The position numbers and the translations under genes are program-made. The notes under the pieces were generated by a model. The model did no database searches and was not told the DNA's origin. It saw only the letters and a list, made by a program, of their open reading frames with translations. From Phallusia mammillata (taxonomy: Eukaryota): a stretch of DNA of 64,000 nt. Below are positions 54,812 through 64,000 of this stretch, one piece after another (position 1 is the first letter of the stretch; the number at the start of each line of letters is the position of its first letter). The stretch covers positions 23,808,001-23,872,000 of the forward strand of contig OZ281497.1 in NCBI GenBank assembly GCA_965637545.1, in the 5' to 3' direction.

Positions 54812-57800
54812 AGCTTAAATTCATATGCAACTGTTTAAAACACAACCCTAAGACTTTCATTTAGTCTATACTTGTATTCAGCAATGGTAGGTAACCGCTG
54901 AAAACATGGATATATGGCTTGATAATTGGAAAAAGTGGCAAACTATTGAACTTTTCTTGTGTTTTCTTGACTTGCTATTGAAATAGCTATTACTCAAATA
55001 CAGCATTTTAAGTCTTTAACTAATGCTGTATATGTTAACTTATCTGCCTATAGTCGTGTTAAAACGATTTTACGCAATGCTCAAATTTTGACCCAATGTT
55101 GCTGTATAAAGTGTCTTACTTTTTGCTTCCTAAATATGTAAATAACTAAAACTTTAGAGGTTAAGTTATTTGACATTATACAAACATGTATTTAGTAACG
55201 GTTTAATAACACTCAAAGACACTTTGTAATGACCAGTTACATTACAAAATGTCATTTATTTTTGATGTTTGGTCGGGTTTTGACGTAGTGCATTTTATTT
55301 GGACTTTGTAACAAACTGTTCCAATCGGCGCCGTCATTTTTTGCACCGCAGAACCCTGTAAGTAAAACATAAACGTAATAATTTTTATTTTCAAACTTTT
55401 AACGCACTAATTTCCACTTTAAAATGCACATTTGTTTTCTGCATTACCGCAGTTGTGCTGTTTTACAAGTACTTTTAAACACTGACAAAAATTAAGACAA
55501 TCACTTCTATCAACAAAACAAAAAATCAACAACATAAATTGTAATTAGATTGTTTTCAAAAATTTGCATTACCTCTATGAGGTTATTCCCCCATGCTGAG
55601 AGCCACTAGTTTTGACCCAATTTTTTACTTAATTATTTTTTAAGCCTATCTAGCTTTTGGGTTTTCTGGTTGAATGTGAATTGGGTTCGAAATTGTTTCC
55701 TAATGTGTTGTATGAAAAGGCCTGGTGAGGTATTTTTACTTTGTCCAGTTGAGCTTTCGTTTCACACAAACTAATTTTACTGAATTTAAATCAATTGCCT
55801 CACAAGCATGTTAGAGTTATAACAATACTGTACTATAGTAAAACACATAATAAGAACTGTCTTATTCAGAAATATATCGGTCTAAATAGACGTTGGCGTG
55901 TTGTATTGTTTAACCGTTTCGACAAATGCTCATGTCTTTACCAGATATCACTGATATAGTGTTATTGTTTTTGAGCTGACTGTTTTTTCTTTTCCCAAAA
56001 CACTTTCGTTTACTCCACATTTTTGTGCGCAAAACCATTCTACTGCCTTTTCATAGGGCTGCACATGAACAATTAATCAGTCCTATTGTGTTTTGCTTCA
56101 ACGCCCCCCCGGTTGAGCATTTTTGTTCTAAACAATGTTCAGGAATTTCTATAATAACCCTAATAATAAATTCTTTGTTTGGTGCGAGTTTCAGGCGTGA
56201 GTCTTTCTTGCACTTTACTTTTCGTTCTTCACCACTTGTTTGTTGTGTTGTGTTTCTGCTTTTGTTACGTGTGTTCCACTTTTATTGTTCTCGGCGTTGT
56301 GTTGTGTGTTTCGGTCTTAATTCCGCTGTTAACGCAATTTCAAGTATTAATCGCGTATTTGAGAGAATCTAACAAAACATCGTACTTATCTGACGTCATC
56401 AGTGACGCAAGGGAGTTTAAGAAATCGTAAGTATAGTGAAGGTTAGTATGCGTATGTATGTTTCCATCAATGTTAAGTAGTAGTTTAGAAAAAAGAATAA
56501 ATTGAAACTGGAAGGATGGAACTATTACATAATAAGTAAGCTGTAAAGAGTAGGCTACACTCTGTTCCCACTTAGTTGAAGGCTCATCAATTCAGCTAGT
56601 GACAGGACATTGAATGTGGACAAAGTGTGTCTAAAGCCTTTCTCTGTCTCCAATTATTTTAGTTAATCATTCGCGGTTTGGACGTAAATGGATGACAACA
56701 AAAACTGATTATTTGAAACGTTTTGTGTACCATGATATGGTCACAAACTAACTCAGGTCATCAACTGACTCTTTTAAATCTGTGGATTTGGGGGTACAAG
56801 ATATTGATAACAGCCTGTGGTTCTTAACCCCCTTATTGCTGAATTATTTTTCTCAAAACGCCCGTATGCATGCTTAATTGCGCCAAAAATCTAGTGTGAT
56901 TTTTTCCAAAAGACTTGTAAGTCGTTACTTCCAACACTGGCATATATTAGCTCCATAATTTGACTTTTCTTGCACAAATGTAAATGCGCGCAGTTTATGT
57001 ATTGTTTTGTGGTGTTTGTCTGTATATTCTAGGCAACTCGAAAGCCTGTTTGCTAGATTTGTTTATATTGTATTCTTACCTTTCGAGTCTTTAAAACAAA
57101 TAACCAACTTCTATATTGTGGGCTACAAGTTGGGCAGAAACAAAGGAGCCATCATTTATTTTTGCTTCAACGTAATTCCGACCAAACTTTTTCAGACCAT
57201 ATCTTTTAGCTGACACAAAATTAAAAAAATCACAATACAAAAAGATATAAATTTGCACCTCCAACAAAACCTCCATCGGTGGGCGCTATAATCCGTCTCG
57301 TAAGTTCCCATCGGCTTCGTTACGATAAAATAACTTTCACATCGGCCCAGTTGTTTGCAAAACGACGACCGGTACTAAGATGGTCCTAAACCTAGACAGG
57401 TAAAGTAAAACATGGTATAGTGCATGAAGTACCCTTTGTGTATGAAAAAGTGCAACATGCAGGGAAAAGCTTTTGGCTAATTTTGTTAAGTTGTTTGGGC
57501 GGTAAGTTTTTGTTAACGCAGTTATAGCCATGATAGGTAGTATACGAATCAAGACTTTTTGACATTGGTTAATCTAACCTTTGGGCCTAATTCGAGCTTT
57601 TATTTAAAAGATTAAGTTCAGCCCGGTTTCGCACTTAATTGTACGTACGGACTCCGGCAACTAGATATCAAACACTTTATTGGCACTATAATCGGTAACG
57701 TTAATTTTTTGAAGGTTTTTTTGCGTGTCTGTTGCATTTCCAGTAGTTTAGTATTAATTTTATTATTTAGCAAAATTAAAGAGATTTTTTTTTGAAAAAC

Positions 57801-58373
57801 GAAAATACCATGGTATGACAAAACTGAAAATGGAGTTATACTAGTGTAAGTTGTATGTTGTACAGTAAATGGGAATGTGTTAAAAAGTTATTTCTATAGT
57901 TGACTTTAGGAAAAAATAAAAAAAATAAACGAAGGCTTGTAGCCATATTAGGAAAGCAATTGTGCCTTCGTGTCATGCTTGCTCAAGCTCTGGACTGGTG
58001 TTATTTTTATTTCCTGGTAATGGGCGGCAATGACCTCGTTATGCTTGTGATTTAGTACTTGAATATTTGCCAACAAGAACCAAAACATAACATGACATCA
58101 CTGCTTGTTTGGAGACCATAAAGTTTTTGCAATAAAAGGGGAAAGTTAAACAATGGCAGTCAGTTAATGTGCCCCAAGAGTTGTGCCATTCGGCCGAACA
58201 ATGGTAGTAACTGTCTTGTTATGTGCTTTCAGCGTATTTCTTTTATTGCAGTACATGTTTAAACTTGCAAACAGCAAGTTCAAACATGACGGGGCACCCG
58301 CCCCAATTGCTTGAAAAGACTAAGTTCATCTGTACAAGACTGTTCTTTCCTACGAGCTTCATGCAAAAAAAAC

Positions 58374-59052
58374 ATGAGTGACGGCGAACCCCAATCCAAT
58401 TTTCCTCAAATACCGGATGACGTTGTACGCCCACAACAGGGTGAACTTCTGCCCTTACCCACATCACCCCTTGTGCCGGCCGGAAATGCACAGCTCCAAC
58501 ATGTCCAACCCAACGGATCGGGTGGAGTGGTAGGCCTATCGCGATCAACTCCAAACCAATTATCCCCAGTCGGTCAAAATAATCAACACCAAGTTATTAA
58601 CATGGTGAGATTTTTGCTGTAGAAAAATAGCAGTGTGTTTCCAACTTTACCTATTTTATTTGCAGGAGAGAGTAGAAGCACCGCATTTCGGAGACACAAT
58701 AACCAACACAACTGGGCCAGTGTACCACGGACCAGTAGAGCTTCATCAACACAACTATTACACCCTTGTTCAACAAAGACAAACAGTTCAGCTAACGAAC
58801 GAACAACCTCCTACTTCAACACAACCACCTGTACCACTTGTCGAAAGAGAAAAGACGGAACCAAAACGTATAGATGTATCAACACCCTCTGCACACACAG
58901 CGGCGATTGATGAGGAACAACCTCACTGTTCAACGTGGCCTGGTGCTTCGAGTTCTCCCAGTGCAGTTTGGCCTACCGTAACCCCAACGACCTCACGAAC
59001 CGCTAAAAGTGAAAAATGTTCGTATGAACCCAATTGCATTAATCCTGAATAG
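58374..59052 (+). CDS. Orphan Pro/Gln/Thr-rich protein, probably a 5' gene fragment
   Basis: ATG 58374; exon 58374-58604 joined in frame across a canonical 61-nt GT-AG intron to an exon from 58666; likely donor at 59021, otherwise stop at 59052; putative 5'UTR exon donor at ~56427. Confidence 0.6.
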
Positions 59053-59298
59053 TTTTAGAAGACTGTTTCGTTTTTAAACATGTTTCAGTTGTTTAATATT
59101 TGTATGCTAAAATTTGCTTGGGATGTGGTATCGAAATCATCTACCCTTCTCGGTACATTCGGAACGTAAATGTTGGCGATGCCCAGGCAGAACTCTGAAC
59201 AAATAACACTTTGTTATTTTATTACTCTAGTATCGACCCGGTAATAAAAATTGTACTTTATTATTTATGAGGCTGACAAAAAGTTTGTAATTGTTTTG

Positions 59299-61900
59299 CA
59301 GACCGACAACCTTAAACCTACAAAACACGTCTATTAGAAAAACCCACATTTTCATGTCAAAAGCGTGAAGTCATAAATGATTCGGTTCCGACGAATTTAT
59401 TCGGCAATACTTGCGAATATTCGGTTTCAGCCTTACCTAATTAAGCCAATTCAGCACATCTCTAATTTTAATAACTGCTCAATATATTTTATTTAAACAA
59501 ATGTGGCCATAGTACGCCAGGCTCAACAAAGGCGTCATAGCGAATTAGACGGTCACTAAGCGTTCCCGTCTGGCAAGGCGTATAGGCTGAAAAAATCTTG
59601 TTGTGGGATTCGAACCTACGACAAGAGTCTTTTCGGACCATATGGGATACTGGGGTGACCGGCTTGATTTGTTATGACAGCTTTATTAACCTAGTATATT
59701 ATGATTTATATAGTATGCCGTGACCGTTGGGCTGCATAGACGTTTCAGGGCTGATCCCAGTATGAATGCATTTATCTTAGCTAAACATATCTGGTATAAA
59801 TTTAAATTTATTATGCGTCCAACTCAAGAAAAAAAAAGTTAAATTTTCATTATGAGTTATATCATATTGTATTTGAGGTTCAATTTATATTGTTTTACCA
59901 GGACGTAAAACAATTAAAAGAGATGTTTCCTACCGCTGACGAGGAGGTCGTTAAGACCGTGCTTGAGGCCAGTCGGGGTAATAAAGATGCCGCAATTAAT
60001 TCACTGCTGGAGATGCAATAAAGCTCGGAAATTCATATGCAACTGTTTAAAACATACTTAAGACTTTCATTTAGTCTGTACCTGTATTTAGCAATGGTAG
60101 GTAACCGCTGAAAACATCGATATATGGCTTGATAATTGGAAAAAGTGGCAAAGTGATTGAACTTTTCTTGTTTTTTTTCTTGACTTGCTATTGAAACAGC
60201 TATTGCTCAAATACAGCATTTTAGGTCTTACAAACTACTGCGATATCTGTGAACTTATCTGCCTATAGTCGTGTTAAAACGATTTATAAAAAACGCAATG
60301 CTCGAATTATGACCTAATGTTTCTGTATAAAGTGTATTATTTTTTGCTTCCTAAATATGTAAATAACTAAAACTTTAGAGGTTAAGCTATTTGAAATTAT
60401 ACAAACATGTATTTCGTAACGGTTTAATAACACTCAAGACACTCTGTAATGACCAGTTACATTACAAAATGTCATTTATTTTTTATGTTTGGTCGGGTTT
60501 TGGTGCAGTGCATTTTATTTGGACTTTGTAACAAACTGTTCTCCAATCAGCACCTTCATTTTTTGCACCGCAACACTCTGTAAGTGAAACAAAAACATAA
60601 CCATTTTTCTTCTTAAGCTTTTAACGCATTAATTTCCACTTTAAAATGCACATTTTTTTTCTGCATTACCGCAGTTTGCTGTTTCACAAGTACCTTTAAA
60701 CACTGACAAAAAATTAAGACAATCACTTCCATCAACAAAACAACATATTCGACAACATAAATTGTAATTAGATTGTTTTCAAAAATTTGCAAACTATGAC
60801 GTCACAGAAGGAAGACTCTTTCGAATTAAAATTTTAAAATTACCTCTATGAGGTTATTCCCCCACGCTGAGAGCCACTAGTTTTGACCCAATTTTTTACT
60901 TAATTATTTTTTAAGTCTATCTAGCTTTTGGGTTTTCTGGCTGAATGTGAATTGGGTTCGAAATTGTTTCCTAATGTGTTGTATAAAAAGGCCTGGTGAG
61001 GTATTTTTACTTTGTCCAGTTGAGCTTTCGTTTCACACAAACCTATTTTACTGAATTTAAATCAATTGCCTCACAAGCATGTTAGAGTTATAACAATACT
61101 GTACAATAGTAAATCACATAATAAGAACTGTCTTATTCAGAAAATATATCGGTCTAAATAGACGTTGGCGTGTTGTATTGTTTAACCGTTTCGACAAATG
61201 CTCATGTCTTTACCAGATATCACTGATATAGTGTTATTCTTTTAGTTCTTGTGGCTGACTGTTTTTGCTTTTTCCAAAACACTTTCGTCAGCATTTTTTC
61301 GTGGGAAAAAGATGCTACTGCCAATCTATAGGGCTGCACATTAACAAGCAATCAGTCCTATTGTGTTTTGCTTTCTTAACAAATAAAATCCAACAATACT
61401 GGTTCGTATCCAACGCAAAACAAGTAGACGTCAAATATATTATTTGTAACATATGACAAAAAACATTATTTGTTTAATTAAGTTTTTCGCTACCCTCGGT
61501 TGAGTAAACATTGTTCCGAAATTTCTAGAACCACCCTAATAATCTAAATTCTTTGTGTTTTGTTGCGAGTTTCAGGCATGGGTCTTTCTTGCACTTTATT
61601 TTCGTTCTTCACCAGTTAGTTGTTGTGTTGTGTTTTTGTTACATGTGTTCCACTTTTATTGTTCTCGGCTTTGTGTATGTGTGTTTCGGTCTTATTTCCG
61701 CTGTTAACGCAATTCAAAGTATTAATCGCGTATTTGAGAGAATCTAACCAAACATCGAACTAGTCTGACGTCATCAGTGACGTAAAATTTTGAGAAATCG
61801 TTAAGTTTAGTGAAGGTTATGTATGTTTCCATCTATGTGTTTAATTCAAAGCCGGATGAATTGAAAATAGAAGCATGAAACCATTGCATAAAAAGTAAGT
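59299..61900 (+). repeat. Second copy of segmental duplication (first copy ~54102-56550)
   Basis: Colinear high identity over the TOLLIP last intron, CUE exon, 3'UTR, TG-rich tract and tgacgtca promoter block, with a few indels. Confidence 0.95.
59902..60021 (+). CDS. TOLLIP: Duplicated TOLLIP terminal CUE exon (intact ORF and acceptor)
   Basis: ttttaccag acceptor; [39 protein letters not shown]; 8 differences from 54692-54811; usage unproven. Confidence 0.55.
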   Translation, partial: DVKQLKEMFPTADEEVVKTVLEASRGNKDAAINSLLEMQ

Positions 61901-62014
61901 TGCAGACAGTAGGCCTAGACTACAAACTGTGGGAATTGCACAAACTTAAAAACCCACAACAGATAACTTTGCTAAATGCCGATGGATGGAGCAAAGAGCA
62001 TTAAAGACCATGCC

Positions 62015-62110
62015 TATGTAAAATGGCCGAATGGTCCGGCGCGCTTGACCCATGTACAGACGGAAAAAAAAACTTCATCAAAAGCGTCCTGGGTTCGAAC
62101 CCCGTAAAAA
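62015..62110 (+). mobile_element. tRNA-derived SINE head or tRNA pseudogene
   Basis: Pol III A box TGGCCGAATGG (62024-62034) and B box GGTTCGAACCC (62092-62102); no intact cloverleaf. Confidence 0.55.
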
Positions 62111-62854
62111 CAGTTTAAAAAATGCTGCTGTCGGTTTATGCTGACAGCGTTTAGGTGGTTTTATGATAAAACCACCCACAAACTCAACCTATGAACTTTG
62201 TTTTTGACCCGATCCCAGTCTCACTGCTAATTTAAACGATTGTGCTCTTTACGTCATATCTATCGGTATTTAACTTCGTCTGTTGTGAGTTCTTATGTTT
62301 TACCCAGGACACTCCCGGGGACGAGGTTTTTTTATGTCTGTACATGGTCGGCTCGTGCGAGGGGGCTGCGGAGCTGCAGCACCCCCAGTATTTTTACTTG
62401 ACATTCCTTTTCCAAGTTGTTATACAAAACAATCTTTACAGATAGTTTTTATGTTTGATCAGTGTATACTAAGAATAACTTTTATGGCATTAATCGACAT
62501 TTTATCAAAATTAATAAAAATTTTGTATTATTTAAAAAAATAATAATAGGTAAGCACTTTTTTCCAAGGAATGCAGCCTGACTACGGTAACTATAGCCAG
62601 GTGATTGTTTCCGTCATGGTAGTTGGTTTCAATTTGGCGCGTGGTGATACCGGTTTTGTTGCTTCTTGTTATAATGTGACATGTAGTCTGCAGTCTGCAC
62701 CAACTATTTTTGTTAAAAAAACTTTACGGATAACATTTTTAATTGTAATTTATTTTGCGCAAAGTCGCGAACATCGTCTGCAACCTGTTTAATATCACAC
62801 AATGTATTTTTGTTTGTTTTTTTAGAAAGACTGTAGCCTATAAAGAACAGCTAC

Positions 62855-63216
62855 GGGTGACACTAAAACGCTGAATGGGCGGGACGTCGCGAAAACCGCT
62901 AAATATCGGGTTAAATTGCTGACGGTTGGAGCTATTAAGGTTGGGATAAGGTTTTGTAATAGAAAATCATTAAAAAAAATTCCGCCGAACACTACATTCC
63001 GCGCCCGAAACGTCCCGCCATCTCCCGCGACGTCCCGCCATAGCATTTTTGCCTAATGTCAGGAAATAGTTGAATAAGTTTTAGGCAGGGACATTTTTTG
63101 ATTCATATACTATTATAAAACCTCAACCTAACCCTAATAGCACTAACCGTCAGCAATTTACCCGATATTGAGCGGTTTCCGCGACGTCCCGCCCATTCAG
63201 CGTTTTAGTGTCACCC
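62855..63216. mobile_element. GG-ended (Merlin-like) MITE
   Basis: ~100-bp TIRs gggtgacactaaaacgctgaatgggcgggacgtcgcg... / ...cgcgacgtcccgcccattcagcgttttagtgtcaccc; 8-bp TSD acagctac; shared ccctaatagcactaaccgtcagca module. Confidence 0.88.
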
Positions 63217-64000
63217 ACAGCTACACTGTACTATAGTTTACTAAAATTTTAAAATATTTTATAGTATACTAAAATAGTATAATACAGGTCATGTGCCCTT
63301 TAAGTCTACAGCATCAAGTCAGCCACTGGTGAAAGCATATGGTTCTGATGGGCGAAACCTTTTTTCCTGACTGACATGCCATGACCATCACCATTGGGAA
63401 CATATTGCTCAACTTTAACAATTTTGCCTGCCAATTACAAAAGCAACAAAATGGTGTTGAAATCAGGGACAAGAAATCAACCAATAAGTGTGAGGTAGGT
63501 ATCAGATGGCAGAACACAAACATATTTTTTGTGTCAGATTAAGAACAGACATAAATAACAGAAACTTCACAAGTTAACAGAAAAAACACCCTTGCCTTAA
63601 AAAATGAATACTCACTCAAAATAGTACATACTGTGTTCCTCATAAAAACTTAACTTTTAGTTACTAATTTTACTAATTTAGAAAGTTCAGGTTTTTACAT
63701 CAATATTGATTCTGAATTTATAAACAGATCTCATAAACAAGTAAAAGATGCTTCTTGCAATGAGGTGGTGTTTACACAAGATGATAGCATCAACAAGAAA
63801 TTTGGTCAGTTACTATTGTCATCCAGTGAGTGCATGGTGTTTATGACTGAAAAAAGTGCAACTTCTAGAAATACTTAAAAACATTTTTTTTCTATTTTCT
63901 AATACAGATTTTGTTGGTTGCAGACTTGCAGTACACTTTCTTTCTGTGCAACCCACTCTCACATAAAATCTCCAGCATGCACGCCTGTGTTATCGGGCTG

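Noticed and set aside
56025-56430. Hydrophobic Cys/Phe/Val-rich ORFs (also 61553-61747)
   Set aside because: Translation of a low-complexity TG-rich tract; the frame is not conserved between the two duplicate copies
62015-62110. Functional tRNA gene
   Set aside because: A and B boxes are present, but an A-run interrupts the body and the acceptor stem does not pair; called SINE or pseudogene instead

Overview
AT-rich, intron-rich animal genomic DNA, probably from an ascidian (tunicate). That identification is an inference from gene compactness, short introns, intron-like acceptors just upstream of start codons and the MITE content. Six genes are recognisable from spliced translations: intronless ALG9 (+), LRRC71 (-) head-to-head with TMEM9 (+), and an ELAV/Hu-family gene (-) head-to-head with TAX1BP3 (+), which is followed closely by TOLLIP (+). 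A ~2.4-2.6 kb block (TOLLIP last intron, CUE exon, 3'UTR and the next promoter) is repeated downstream, and the two copies flank an orphan, apparently truncated gene. Introns and intergenic DNA carry many non-autonomous DNA transposons with clear TIRs and TSDs (hAT-like, Tc1/pogo-like, GG-ended Merlin-like). The most unusual signal is a chain of GC-richer non-coding islands at ~30.3-37.3 kb, with similar islands at 1-11 kb. By eye they fold into nested helices whose G-U wobble pairs work on the + strand, and several are bounded by GT/AG splice signals, suggesting a spliced, highly structured lncRNA converging on the ELAV 3' end. Also notable are a 504-nt Ala/Pro/Thr-rich ELAV hinge exon with an Rbfox-motif cluster and a vertebrate-like neural hinge mini-exon. 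All exon coordinates, helices and homologies were read manually and need computational confirmation.
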